A stretch of DNA of 64,000 nt, taken from contig JAGIQG010000009.1 of NCBI GenBank assembly GCA_024679065.1, forward strand, positions 89,590,001 through 89,654,000, read 5' to 3'. Position 1 is the stretch's first letter; the number at the start of each line of letters is the position of its first letter. The DNA is from Sphyrna mokarran. Lineage: Eukaryota. The notes under the pieces are model-generated. The model did no database searches. It had not been told where the DNA came from and saw only the letters and a list, made by a program, of their open reading frames with translations. This document shows positions 13,861-29,596 of this stretch, piece by piece. Both the position numbers and the translations under genes were made by a program.

Positions 13861-14469
13861 AATTTCTCAGACTCTGAGCTCCCTGTACACCATCTATTGA
13901 AATACAAACATGTAAAATAAGTGAAGAAATTATATTGCAGATACTTACACACTGCATTGATCATGAAGTCAATCAGATCACAATGTACCAACCTTAAATA
14001 AAACTGCTAAAATTGGTCACAGACTATTTCTGAAAATGTTTGCTTTAGTGAAACCACTTGACAAATATGCAACAACTGCAAATGCACACAGTGGTCAAGA
14101 GTTTGCACGAGTTTGTGTTGGTTTTGACAGTGTAATCAACTGAAATTGACTATGTCAGGAATTTTAAATGCCATTTATGTCAACTTTAAACTTAACTTTT
14201 ATGAACATTAAAAATGGTTTGTTAAACATCATCCAGGAAATGATCAAGGCCCCAGATGGGAATAATGAGTGTGGTGAGTTTCTGCTGATTGTGCCTGTTT
14301 GAGGTGGCTCTTCAAATTACACTCAGGGGTTTGGGCATTTAGACACCAATAGTCAAAGTTGTATTCATGACTCCAATCTACATGCTGTGACCAGCAATTA
14401 TTTCAGTAAACTACTGGCCAACAGATAATAGTTTATTTCATCTGAGTCAATAGAAAACACACCCCATTC

Positions 14470-14740
14470 CACGTAGCACAGTAGTTAGCACTGCTGCTTT
14501 ACAGTTCCAGAGACCTGGCTTCGATTCCCAGTTTGGGTCACTGTCTGCATGGAGCTTGTACGTTTTCTTCATATATGCATGGGTTTCCTCCGGGTGTTCC
14601 AGTTTCCCGAGATGCGTAGATTAGAGAGATGAGTGGGTAAATATGTAGGAATATGGGGGTAGAGCCTGAGTGGGATTGTAGTCGGTACAGACTTGATGGG
14701 CTGAATGGCCTCTTTCTGTACTGTAGGGATTCTATGATTG
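14470..14740 (+). mobile_element. tRNA-derived HE1-type SINE
   Basis: agcacagtagttagcactgctgc (A-box region), ttcgattccc (B-box), gtttcctccgggtg core and CR1-like tail. Confidence 0.75.
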
Positions 14741-15999
14741 TAAATAATTATTTCACATTGTCATTACATTAATAATGAAACTATTACTAAAAATTTTTAT
14801 TTGTTTTCTCATATATGGGAAGATTAAAAATGTGAACTTTCTTTCTATGATTCTCAAGTTTATAATGCTGGAACAGAGAGGACCAGGAAAGATAGTTGGA
14901 GATGACAAGGAGAGAATTGAAAAGGGCAGATAGAAGGAAAGACAAAGAGACACAATGATGTAGGAAAATGGATGAGATGAAAAAGGGAAGAAGAAAGAGT
15001 GGAGTAAAGATATATCAAAGAGAAAAATAGCAATGATGGGCATGAGAAGAAGGAGAGTTAAGTGGAGAAAGGAGGTGGAAACCAGAGGAGAGCAAGTTAA
15101 TCTCTCAATCTCTGAGGATTCAATATTTTCTCCCTTCACTGTTCCTCCCTCTGCCGCACTTGTTTGGTGCCACTCCCTCCTGTGTCCCTCTCTCCTGTCC
15201 ATATGCTGATCCCACTTCTTTTCACGCTGTGGGTCTTCCTCTTCTGATCTGCTGTCAAACACATCCCAGGCTACACATATCACACTGATGTTGTCAGCTT
15301 GAAAGCCTCCAAGGATGAAGAATGAATGCCAATCCCACACAAGAAATCTCTGTTAAACATTTACCAGGAGAACTGAGACAGCAGCTGTAATAAGTGAGGT
15401 TTTATTCAGATGGTTCAATAGGTTAAATTCCCACCTGATCTGCTGCTCAAAGTCGCTTCTGTTTCATTGGTCAGTTTCCCAAGCTTCAGGAAACTCATGT
15501 TACTCCAGAAATATTTGCAGCAATTTAATTACTGCTTCAAACTTTATTTACAAATGCTGACATCAGAGTTTACATTAATGTGGAATGTACAGTGTATAAA
15601 GGGATTGATCCAAACATCTCCCTGGTCAAAAAAAGGACTATCATTTACAAGTTATAGAGTCAAATTTCAGAAATTTACCACCTCTCCTGTTCGAGGTTAT
15701 AAGATCCTGTCCAAGACCAATGAGAATGCTATTCTGTGAGCCTCACCCGTCCCAATTCTGAGGTGGGCAAGGCAGCAAAATTCTGGCCATAGTGTTTTAC
15801 AGCACAAAAAAGAGGCCTTTTGCCCAACCTGTCGACACCAGCCACCAAGCACCTATCTAATTAATTACTCACATAGTCCATAAAGAAAATTTTCATATGA
15901 GTAAAAATGTATTTGTTACTCTAAGTCTGTTCCAATTTCCTCTCTTCATACACACATTTGCAAACATAACCTTTAAAGTGTTCAGATCTTCTTCTGGTA

Positions 16000-17850
16000 C
16001 AATTATGAATTGTTGGCTGTTCATCTGGTGTCTGCTTGTTCCTTAAGTAATGCTGACTGTCTGGGGAATGTTGTTGCTTTGGTGAGTGTTGTCACTAAGG
16101 TAATTGTTGTTGCTGATCCATTGAATTTATTGGGTGGAGGTTGCCCTCTAAGACTCGTCATTCAGTTCCTTGCTCAGCCTTATCAAAGTGAAATTTGTTT
16201 TCCTATTGTTTGACTTTGATCTCGTTGCTCATTACTGTTACTACTTCTGGCCTTAGTGGTTTTAGCTGTTGGAAAAGAAGTCTGGATCTAGCGTGACATT
16301 TATCACTGAATTAGACACATTTCAATGCTTTCAATCGATATGCTTCTCCACTTTAATATTACCCTCTACACATTGGTGCTAGGTCTGATTTTTTTATACA
16401 CCTTTTTGCAATTTTTATTGCTCCTCAGATTTTTCGTTTGACTGGGGTTAGTGTAGACATTATGTGTAGTGCTGAATTTCCCAATCATTCATCAAATGTC
16501 CTTCACTTGTGAATTGAGGGCCATTGTTACTCATCACAATGTCAGGAATGACAACTAAAGTATGTTTTAAAGTGTTCTACAATCTCATTAGTCAACATTG
16601 ATTTCAGCTGGTCTAATTCCAAGAAGTCTGAATAGTAGTCAACTGTGATGAGATGATCACTTCCAGTGACTGAAGAGGTCTACTCCCAGCTTCATTCATT
16701 GTCTGTCAGAGATTCATGGGCAACTATTTATATTGCTTAGCTTGATCTTTGTTACAAGCACCACACCGGCCTATGTGGTCTTTAATCTCATTTCTTACGT
16801 TTGACCAGTACAACCCTTTTTTTCCTTCCTCAGACTAGACTCGATTCCTTGATGGTTTGTGTGGATATGCTTCAGCATCTCTTTTTTCTCATCTCTTTAG
16901 GGATAATGACCTCAGTTCCTTTGCCCAAGTTGCCATCTTGGGTGATTACTTTATTTCAGTTTGCCCAAAACTCTCTTGCAGCAACAGATCTGTCCTTGAA
17001 GGTTTCAGGCCATCCTTTCATCACAATTTCCTGTAAATATTTGAAGAGTTGTATCTCACTGATGTAATTTGCTTGATCCAAGCAAGATACTTGTATGTCA
17101 GATTCAGCAGCTGGAACTCTACCATCTCACCTGCGCCAGAACTGGAGCGAGTGAGGTTCACAGAATGAAATCTCCGTTGGCCTCAGACAGGATTTTACGA
17201 TCTCACCCATGCAACACCATAAAATCCTGCTAGGTGTTTCTGCTGGGTTGATGATTCCAGAGTATGTTGTACTATTGCTTCTTGTTGAATCTGGAAGATT
17301 TCATGCTCTGTACCAGCATCATCACTTCCTCCAAAGAGAGGGCAGCTCTCCACAGCAAGTTGGTGGTGTATATCTGCTTCCCTTGCTGTTATTTCTCTTT
17401 CAAATGATATTCCTGCAAATGAAGTCACGTCCTTTGGAGCAGTTAGAAGCAGTTTGAGAAAGATACTTTGAAGTGACTTGCGGTCAAACTCTACCAAGGC
17501 TTTTTCTCTCTCAATCAAGTACTTGTTGAAATGCTTTCAATTAAAAATAATATCCAGGCAATGCAGAGCATTGTTCAGTTTGTGTTAATCCTCTGGATAG
17601 AAACACAACTGATTGTCCTTACTGCATGGGGATTGCTCCAAGTCCTGTTTCACTGGCATCTCACTGCAGGGTGTCTTCATCGTTGACATCACAGCACCTC
17701 AGCACTGGTGTTGTCATCATTAGTTGTTTGATACAAGTAAAAGCTTTTTCTTGTTCTGTGTCCCATTAGCACTGAACATACTTTGCAGTGAGCTTATGTA
17801 GAGATTCACACTCTGATGACAAATTGCGTAAAAACTGGGTTAGGTTGTTT
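16000..17850 (-). mobile_element. Decayed Gypsy-type LTR retrotransposon pol (RNase H and integrase) remnant
   Basis: Minus strand gives TLQ*DASETGLGA (RNase H-like, ~17630-17680) and TVDYYSDFLELD (integrase, ~16610-16650), with many stops. Confidence 0.65.
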
Positions 17851-18115
17851 GCATGTGGGTTCAGTTATGTTCCAGGAGGGCCAACAAATACCTTATTACA
17901 GGGTATCTTCCCTGTGCCAATGCATTAATGAACTAGGAGATAATGCTGTTTTGTCATACAGCTCACGCCTGAATGGTTTCTCTCCTGTATGAATTTACTG
18001 GTGCCTCAGGAGATTTGGGGAAGGGAAATGCCATAACACAAATGTCGTGCCCTAAGAGTTTCTCTTGTGAGAATCCTCTAGTGGCCCAGAAGGATTAAAG
18101 TGTTTCACAAACCTC

Positions 18116-19068
18116 TGTTAGGGACCAGACCAGAAAGTCCAAGTTATATTATGAAGTTAACCTAGATCCTAGCTTTTTTTTAATTTTGGCATTCAGGTTA
18201 CCATAAGGTACTTTGCTCCTGATATGTCCTGATTAACCCACTATGAAGCTTTTATTAAAATAGACTTTACATGACAACACAGTTAAAATATAAATAACTT
18301 TTACCAAATGAATTACTTGAACATGACAAGATGTTAACAAGTTCTTAACAGCTAGTTATCTCTGTAGTTCCAATGTAAGCAATATCCCCACTTATATAAA
18401 TTCCTCTTCAGAATCAGCAAGCGCAGAAAACATAGAAACTTACACAGGGCTTAGATTGCCAGCATTTTAACACCTCTGAACAGAGATACAGAATGACATC
18501 TGTCTTCTGACTCCTATATAGCTATGATGTAGAGATGCCGGCGTTGAACTGGGGTAAACTCAGTAAGAGGTCTGGCAACATCAATTTTAAATCTAACCGA
18601 TTTACTATCAAATAAATTTAAAATTGGTGTCGGCAGACCTCCTATATAGCCTCCAGAGAAAGATCTATCTTCAATAGCAGAATTTCAGAGAAAGAGATTT
18701 ATTTTCTGGCAGGTCCCAGTCTCCTAATCTGGAGAAAGAAAGAAATACACCTCTCTAACAATTTCCAGCAGCATCTGACTTGGTTTCTGTCTGTGTGCCT
18801 AGTCCCACTTCTTCACCTGATTTTTCCTGTCAATCAACCAAATGAACCCCCACTCTGAAAAATCCCAGGAGAAAATATTAAAACAACAATTGCATTAGCC
18901 TTGATTAAAACAAACATTCTAGCAATTGGGATCAATATGCTGCTGCAGTAACAACAGGGGTTGCCAGTTAGAGACAAATCACAACTAATTAATAGAACTC
19001 ACTGCTAAAAAAATCCTGCACAAGAAACACAACATAAATATATTTCTTAAAGGCACAGTATTGTCATA
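18116..19068. mobile_element. Solo LTR-like element inserted inside a zinc-finger codon run
   Basis: TGTTAG...TGTCATA ends; the flanks (ttcacaaacctc | cttgacacttgaaagg) rejoin as a FKCEVCE-type finger; homologous to 12371-13177. Confidence 0.6.
18523..18638 (-). mobile_element. Collapsed Penelope-like mini-element (pLTR tail plus short inverted arm)
   Basis: gatgtagagatgccggcgttg tail shared with the other Penelope copies; TSD CTCCTATATAGC at 18511-18522 and 18639-18650. Confidence 0.8.
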
Positions 19069-21229
19069 CTTGACACTTGAAAGGTTATTCTACTGTGTGG
19101 CTCAACGAATGGAACAGGAGGTTCAATGACCTCAAGAATGATTTCACACATTCTACGTGTAAATGTGTTGATGTACACAGAAGCTCAATGAGTCAGAGAA
19201 TGATTTATTGCTGACCTTGCTCCTAAATGTTCAGTGCCTTGTGTGAATGCGTTGGTGCTTACGGAAGGTTGATAAATCCGAGAATGATTTGCTGCACAAA
19301 TTGCATGTGAATGGTTTCTGCCCTGTGTGAATTCGTTGGTGTCTGCAGAGCTGTGATGAATCTGAGAATGATTTTTCACACATCTCACACATGAATGGTT
19401 TCTCCCCAGTGTGAATCCTTTCATGTTTACGGAGATCTGAATGTGACAAGAATGATTTGTTACACATTTCACATGTGAATGGTTTTTCCCCAGTGTGAAT
19501 CCGTTGATGCACTAGGAGATTTGAAGAGAATGAGAATAATTTGTCACACATCTCACACCTGAATGGTTTCTCTCCTGTGTGAGTGCGTTGGTGTTTGCGG
19601 AGGTTCCCTGACTGCAAGAATGATTTGTCACACACTTCACACGTGAAGGATTTCTCCCCTGTATGAATTTTTTCATGTTTGCGAAAAGTTGATAAATCCG
19701 AGAATGATTTGATGCACATCTTACAAGTAAATGGTTTCTCCCCTGTGTGAACGCGTTGATGTCTGCGGAGCTGTGATGAATCTGAGAATGATTTGTCACA
19801 CATCTCACATATGAATGGTTTCTCCCCGGTGTGAATTCGTTCGTGTTTACGGAGATCTGAAGATGATGAGAATGATTTATTGCACACCTTGCATATGAAT
19901 GGCTTCTCCCCAGTGTGAATACGTTGGTGCATGAGGAGAGCTGATGAGGATAAGAATGATTTATTGCACACCTCACACCTGAATGGTTTTTCTCCTGTGT
20001 GAATTCGTTGGTGTCTGCTGAGGTTTGCTGACATCGAGAATGATTTCTTACATACCTCGCAGCTGAATGGTTTCTCCCCTGTGTGAATTTGTTGGTGTGT
20101 GATAAGCTGTCAACTGTGAGAATGATTTATCACATGTCTCGCACATAAATGGTCTCTCTCCAGTGTGAATGCGTTGATGTACACAGAGGTTTTGAAATCG
20201 CAAGAATGGTCTGTCACACACCTCACATGTGAACAGTTTTGCCCCTATGTGAGTGTATTGGTGTCTACAGAAGGTTGATAAATCGAGAAATGATTTGATG
20301 CACATTTTGCACATGAGCGGTTCCTTCATGTGAATGCATTGTTGTTTGCGGAGCTGTGATGAATCTAAGAAAGTTTTGAACATGAATTACTCTGAAATGT
20401 TTTCTCCCTGGTGTGAATTTCTCTGATGCCTCAGCAGCCTTGTGGACATCATAAAATCTTTGTAATAAACTTCACACTTAAATTGTTTTCATTCCATATG
20501 GCTAACTGGATGTCTTTCCATAGTGTGCAGTTATTCCTTTGGTGATGGTCAGGATCTATTTGCGGTGTCAATCTGCTCCGTATTCTCTGGTGTAGTACGA
20601 TGCAATCCTTCTGTAAAACAGGAAAAAGAAATATGAATTTCTGCAACTCCTCCTCATTGGCTGAAGGGACTGACAACTCAGTGAGGATTGTTCCACAGAG
20701 TGTACCATTGAGATTCCCCGCAATGAGGACAAAAAGTGGTAGCTGGAGTGTAAAATGGGTTATCACTTCACTGTGACTCGAATTGTGCTGGTGAAGTTCA
20801 TTTTTACCCTCAAAGTATGTGTTAATGTAAAAAAAGAGAAACGTTAATTAAATAGAAATTTTGAAATTTCTCCCCTTGTATTCCCAAATTATTTAAAGGA
20901 AACAAGATTGGACAGGAAGTGCTAGAAACTTACGAAAACGTTGCTTCAGTGTACCTGATTGAAGAGTTTTGGTTTATCCTGCGAAATTGAATACACTGCA
21001 CTCATTCAGACTGCACATCCCAAATTCAAACACAATCCTGGGCAAAGCTATCAAATCCAAGCCCAGCGTTTTGGGAAAGGCCGAGGCCTTCAGGTAAAAT
21101 CTTTAAAGAAGATATTAAAAGACATTTCAATAAGTTATGTTCCTGCCTCTCCCAGATAATTACACCTCACCTTCTCAAATTCACTAATGATCATCAACAA
21201 AACTCAGCCTGTAAATCAGAACGGAAATA

Positions 21230-21640
21230 CTTCCAATAAACACATTCAATATCCAACACACAGCTCCAATCAAACAGCTCAGCGCTCTGATTGACAGTTT
21301 TGCTAGCCAATCGGAAGATAGGTTACTTTACAATCCTGCCCACAGCCGCCGGTTCAGTCTCTCACGTCTGGTTCTGCGCAAACGCTGTGAGGACATACTG
21401 ATCAATGTGTCCCCGAGCCTGCGCAATGCGCCAGCCCGCGATGCCTGATGGGAGTTGTAGTTCTGCCGCGTTCAGCGGCGGTTAGCTCCCAGCGTTCGGC
21501 AGTTGGAATGTGAGGAAGCGCGAGCTCCGAGCGGTTGAACCGAATTGAAAAGCAGAGACTGAGCCTTGGTAGGAACCAGAGCGATGGCGGTGGGAAGATT
21601 CGCCATTGCAAGAGATTCTCTGTGTACAACTGAAGAGGGT
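21230..21640. promoter_or_regulatory. CpG-rich promoter with ZNF143/THAP11 motif, NRF1-like TGCGCA sites and CCAAT boxes
   Basis: tgggagttgtagt at 21449-21461 (reverse complement ACTACAACTCCCA); TGCGCA at ~21375 and ~21420; CCAAT at ~21232, 21267 and 21307; CpG density high relative to the flanks. Confidence 0.75.
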
Positions 21641-22289
21641 AAAGTCACACAAGTTACAGCAGTCCCACTGACTTTTTTTCATTCATGGGACATGGGCGTT
21701 GCTGAGCTGTCCAGCATTTACTGCCCTTCCCTCGTTGCCCTTGAAAGGGTGGTGAGCTGCCTTTTTGAATGGCTGCAGTCCATGTGCTGTGGGTTGACTC
21801 ACAATGCTGTTCAGGAGGGAATTCGAGGATTTTGACCCATCGACTGCAAAGGAACGGAGATATGTTTCCAAGTCATAATGGTGAGTGGCTTGGAGGGGAA
21901 CTTGCAGATGGGGTGTTCCCATTTATTTGCTGCCCTTGTCCTTCTAGATGGAAGTGGTCATGGGTTTGGAAGGTGCTGTCCAAGAATCTTTGGTGAATTG
22001 CTGCAGTGCATCTTGTAGATAGTACACACTGCTGCTACTGAATGTTAGTGGTTCAGAGACTGAATATTTGTAGATGTGGTGCCAACCAAGCAGGCTGCTT
22101 TGTCCTGATTGGCGTCTTGAAAGTTATTGGAGCTGCACCCATTCAGACAAGTATTCCATCACATTCCTGATTTATGTCTTGTAGATAGTGGATTGGGTCT
22201 GGGGAGTCAACACAGGAGACAATACTGAAAAGTTGCAGGAGGAGGATAGTGTGGCCTGCCATGTCAAAGGCTGCAAAGATGTTCATAGC

Positions 22290-22730
22290 ATCCCAACAGT
22301 GCAATAAGAAGCCATTTGGCCCATTGAACCTGCACCGACCCTCTGATAATAATCCTACTCCCATAGCATTTACTTTGCTAATCCTCCAACACCTCTTTGG
22401 ACCCTAAGGGATAATTTAGCTTGGCCATTCCACCTAACCTCAAATTTCACCTAACAGTTTTAAAATGTATTTATTGGCGTCATAAATATGTTTACATTAA
22501 CACTGCAATGAAATTACTGTGAAAATCCTGAGTTGCCACACTATGGTGCCGGATACACTGAGGAAGAATGTAGCATGACTGCTGCACCTAAACAGCACAT
22601 CTTTCAGACTGTGGGAGGAGACTGGAGCACCCGAAGGGAAGACACTGGGAGAACGTGCAGATAGTGGCCCAAGCTGAGATTTGAACCTAGGTCCCTGGTG
22701 CTGTGAGGCAGTAGTGTTAACCACTGTGCT
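22290..22730 (-). mobile_element. HE1-type SINE
   Basis: Reverse-complement head (ccctggtgctgtgaggcagtagtgttaaccactgtgctgcc) and core (gtgggaggagactggagcacccg). Confidence 0.7.
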
Positions 22731-25441
22731 GCCTCTTCTCTTTCCGCAGAAGTTTCCTGACCTGGGGATTTCCAGCATTTTCTGAATCTCTATCAAATTT
22801 CCAACATTCTTGGGATTTCGTCCCATTGGATTCCAAGATCTGTTTGTATGCACTTTAGGGAAATGTAGATCATGGGCTGATATGATGAAGCTTTGAAAAT
22901 AGCAACAGTTTGTCTTCATGACTTCATGTGGACAGGTTATTTCAACTGGAGAGGTTAAGGAGGACCAAAGGTAGTATTTACATGATGTGCAAGACAGAAC
23001 TACAGGTTCATCAATCATTAAGTAGGCATGAAGGGCCCAATTGCCGACTCCTGCATCTAGTTCTTATATGTTTCTATTAAAAGTAACAAGGCAGCTCAAC
23101 AAGCACGTTTTATAAAAAACGTCAAACAATAACACTGGGTTTCATTTTTGGAGCAATATTAAAAAGCAGAGAAGTGATGTTGAACTTGTGTAGACCACAC
23201 TTGGAGATCTGTGTACAGTTCAGATCAACATATTGAAAAAGAGCAGAAAGATACTGGAGAAGGTAAAAAACGTCGATGATATTGAGAATGGAGAGATTGG
23301 AACTAACAGAAGAGACTGAACAGGCTTTTATTCCTTTCCCAAGGAAGGAAAATGCCGAGGGGGTATACTGTTGAAATCTTTAAAATAAGGAATTATAAAA
23401 TTAAGAATTTGAGGTTAAATGGAGAGAAGATGTTCTCAGTTGTGTGGGGGAATCCAAAACTGGGGTCTGGAAATACAAGATGATCAACAATAAATCCAAT
23501 GAGGATTCAGGGTAAACTTATTTCCCAAGAAAATGATTAAAATGTGGAACTTAGTTCCTCAGGGAATGGTTGAGGCAAATAGTTTCGATATATTTGATGA
23601 GAATCCAGATAAGTAAATGTTGGAGAAAGGAATAGAAGGATCTGTTGAATTAAAATAGGGAGGGAAAAAACTCTTGGAGCATAAATACTGGTAGAAAACA
23701 GGCCAAATGGTCTGTTTCTGAACTTTAGAAACTAGAATCAAAACAAAAAACTGCGAAAAATACTCAGGTCAGGCAGAATCTGTGGAAATAAAGAACTATT
23801 CCCGTTTAAAGTCAAAGCATCCTTGGATGGTTAATAAAATTTTCCATTCTATCCACAATTCCCACCACTCTGTGAATCGAACTCTTAATCACCAAGTCAG
23901 AATCACTGCATGGCTCTCCAAGGACTAGCACAATCTCTTCTCCCAAACTTTTCTCTGCCCCTCACTTCTGTGTCCCTTTGCTGTTACCTCCTGTCTCTCT
24001 TTCCCTTCTCTTCTGTCCATGTGCTAATCCCATCACTGCACATCATTGCTGCCTTGGATACTGCAGGTCTTCCTCTTCTGATCTGCTGTCAAACACATCT
24101 GAGGTTACATATCTCATGTCAGTTTAAAAGCCTCCGAGAATGAAGAATGCTATTTTCATACTAGAAATCTGTCAAACATTTACCAGGGGAACTGAGACAG
24201 CAGCTGCAACAAGTGAGGTTTTATTCAGATGGGACAATGACAAGTTTAAATCCCACCTGATCTGCTGCTCAAAGTCACCTCTGTTTCATTGGCCAGTTTC
24301 CCAAGCTTCAGGAAACTCCTGTTATTCCAGAAATATTTGGATTGACTGTGAGAGAACATCAATCAGAGAGCCCACCCACTCTGTCCATTCTCTCCTCTTC
24401 CTCTTTCACAGCTGCTTCACATCCTATAAGGACTAAAAACCAAGTGAGGAGAAGGTGAGTGAAGGAGCAGAATTTATAATAATTACATTGCATAATATCC
24501 ACACTAATGTTCAGGTAGTCTGACCATCCTGTGGGGAATCGGGTGTGGAAATGCCAGTTATGCTGTGTGAGAAGATCCAGCTGAGAAACTTGTTTACTCG
24601 ATGCTTTGTGTTGAGCTGTTTGATTGGAGCTGCGTGTTGGATATTGAATGTGTTTATTAGAAATATTTCCCTTCTGATTTACAGGCTGAGTTTTGTTGAC
24701 AGATCATTACTGGATGTAGAGGATGAGGTATAAATTATTTGGGAGGGACAGGGACACGTTTATTGAAATGTCTTTTAATAGCTTTTTTAAAGATTTACCT
24801 GAAGGTTTCGGCCTTTCCCAAAAGCCTGAACTTGCATTTGATAGCTTTGCCCAGTGCTGTGTCTGATAGTTGAATTTGGGATGTGCAGTTTGAGTGTGTG
24901 CAGTGTATCTAATTTCCCAGGATAAACCAGAATCTTTCAGTCAGTTACACTGAACCAATACTTTTCTTTGCTTCTAGCACTTCATATCCAGTGTTTTCAA
25001 ATAATTTTGGAAAATTAAGGGGGAAGTTTCAAAATCTCCGTTTGATTAACGTTTCTCTTGAATGTTTTTATATGAAACCCATAATCAAAGAGTAAAACTG
25101 ATTTTTGCCAGCATGACTCGAGCTCAAAGTGAATTGATAGTTCATTTTACACTGCACCTGACTGTCTTTTCCATTGCATGCACAGTGTCTGGGTAGATGG
25201 GGTCAGTGTGGAGGAAAAAAAAAGCAATGTCGTTGCTCCTTGTCACTGTCCAATGTCCCTGTTGGAAATAGATACTGGGTGACAATCAAGTGAGGAAAAA
25301 TAAAGGGATTGTATCTCCTCCTCACACGGGGGAATAGCAGACTGGCACTCACTGGAATAATCTTTAACTGAGGAGCCAGCCCCTTCAGCAAAGGACAAGA
25401 GAGAGTTGGAGGAAGTCATGTTTTCTTTTCCTGTTTTACAG

Positions 25442-27580
<2,139 letters not shown>

Positions 27581-28351
27581 TCCTGTATTACAGCCTTTAC
27601 ACAGTTGTTGAACTCAGTGAAGTCTCATGGAATATAATTCTTCCAGTATGACATATGCCAGGATTGTTTCACTTCTCCTCTCTCACCAAGCAGGTGGCGA
27701 GTCTCTATAGACCTGAGTTCCCTCAACCCATTATACCTTGATGTAAAAATGGTGTGATATGTTTACCTTAATTTCTTCCAAGATTCATTTCACGTTCTGG
27801 GAAAGATCTTGAATAATTTTCAAATACTTTATAATTTTGGTTGATTCAAAGTTTGTTGTAATGTTTTTCTACTGTTCTATTAATGTGTAGATTTATAACT
27901 CATAATACATTCACTTTTTAGCTTAAGTCAGACCACCTGGTTTGTCACTTCATCTGTCCTTCTTCCATTCCCATCTACATTAACAACTGTGTCACCTCAC
28001 TTAGTGTCATCAGTAAACAACGTCAGACTATTTGTTCATCAAAGTCATTGATCAGTATAATGAAAAGCTGAGTCTCTGGTACACATCCCAAGGAAACATT
28101 ATTAAGCACATCTTGAAAATGAAAGAACAATCACCTTATCCCGTATCTCTGTTTCACAAACAAATCATCAACCTGTATCACAAGGCTTTCTCCAATTCTA
28201 GGCATGTTCATCTTGGTGAATAATCTCCTGTGCAGGACATTATCAAATGCCTTTGGAAGTCCATGTAGACAAACCTCCAGAGACCTTGTCCAGCATGTTA
28301 TTGATCTCCTCGAACTGTTTATATTGATCATGCCAGTTACAGTGTCTTGCT

Positions 28352-28418
28352 GTTCAAGAATGTAATAAACTGAGTAATCACCCAGTTCAAGAATGTAATA
28401 AACTGAGTAATCACCCAG
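28352..28418. repeat. Perfect ~33-bp tandem duplication
   Basis: gttcaagaatgtaataaactgagtaatcaccca occurs twice head-to-tail. Confidence 0.85.
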
Positions 28419-29367
28419 TGAACACAATGAACAGAAGAAATTCAGCCTTTATTTCTGCTGTCTCATTTAAATACAATCAGGGCTAATCTTTTACCTCAAT
28501 CCCACCTTCCACATCATGCCCATATTCCTTATTCACTTTATATCCAAAAATCCATCAATCTCCATCTTGAATATATTCAATGACTGGACGTTACAGCCTC
28601 TTGGTGTTGTGAGGCAGCAGTGCTAACTACTGTGCCACCTTAATTTTACATGTTATCAGTTGATATTTCAAAGTAGTGACTATGATTTGGTTGTAGAATA
28701 AACTGAAGACAGGAGTTAAAGGGACAATATTTGCCTGGAAAGGGGAGGTTATGTTACCAGTGTGTTGGGAGAAACCTTGCATTGGTTTGTGTAAATGTAA
28801 ACCACTTATTCTTGTTGTCAGATTCCTTTGCAATAAAGACCAATAGGCCATTTCTTTTCTGAATTATTCACTTACCTGCATGTTTTGTTTTCCAATCGAT
28901 ATTCAAAAGTTTCACATCTTTTAAAAAAAAATCTGCTTTGCTGTTCAGCACACAGTTGTTATTACAAAATGCATCTGTCCTTAGGTTAAACAGTTGTGCT
29001 TGCCAAATGTGGGTCTATGTTAAACATGCCCTTTCACATCTCATGAGATAATTTGCATATTGCAATTGATCCCTGCAGATATTGAATAGTTAAATACTTG
29101 ATAATTATAGAGAAGTGAAAGTTATTCCATCCCCTTACAGCCTACACCTTGATACTCTTTTGACCTGATGTTTCAATAAATGTTTTAATTATTAAATCAA
29201 TGCAACTCTATGTGCACAATTTAGAATGATAAACACTTATCTATGGGCTTTGATAAGAATTATTTATTGATTTCTTCATGGAATGTGGGCATTGATGGCA
29301 ATGCAAGCAAGTTACGCAACTCCAGCTGTGCTTGGAAAGCTGATGGTGAGCTGTCTTCATGAATCCT

Positions 29368-29596
29368 GATGTAGAGATGCCGGCGTTGGACTGGGGTAAA
29401 CTCAGTAAAGTTTTACAACACCAATTTTAAATCCAACCAATTTATTTGATAGTAAATTCGTGAGCTTTCGACTTTATAGCCTTCGTCAGGCAAACCAGAA
29501 CACTGCATTTGCCTGACGAAGGCTATAAAGTCGAAAGCTCGCGAATTTACTATCAAATAAATTGGTTGGATTTAAAATTGATGCTGTAAAACTTTA
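29368..29596. mobile_element. Penelope-like mini-element: two head-to-head pLTR copies plus tail
   Basis: About 90-bp inverted arms; TSD CTTCATGAATCCT at 29355-29367 and 29597-29609. Confidence 0.9.
29507..29546 (+). ncRNA. Minimal type I hammerhead ribozyme (inverted copy at ~29456-29494)
   Basis: AUUUGC-CUGACGA-A-GGCU(AUAA)AGUC-GAAA-GCU-C-GCGAAU: 6-bp stem I, 4-bp stem II, palindromic AGCU stem III, CUC cleavage triplet. Confidence 0.8.

Larger units (their letters stand above)
17960..20610 (-). pseudogene. C2H2 zinc-finger gene ZNF-B, frameshifted and split by an LTR
   Basis: Acceptor homologous to ZNF-A (exon starts at 20610); finger ORFs 20048-20383 and 19231-20034 (9 fingers) in different frames, with the shift near 20105; stop at 19231; finger remnants continue at 17960-18115 beyond the LTR. 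Confidence 0.75.

Noticed and set aside
14470-14540. tRNA genes at A/B-box-like sequences
   Set aside because: They are SINE heads continuing into SINE core and tail; no cloverleaf seen
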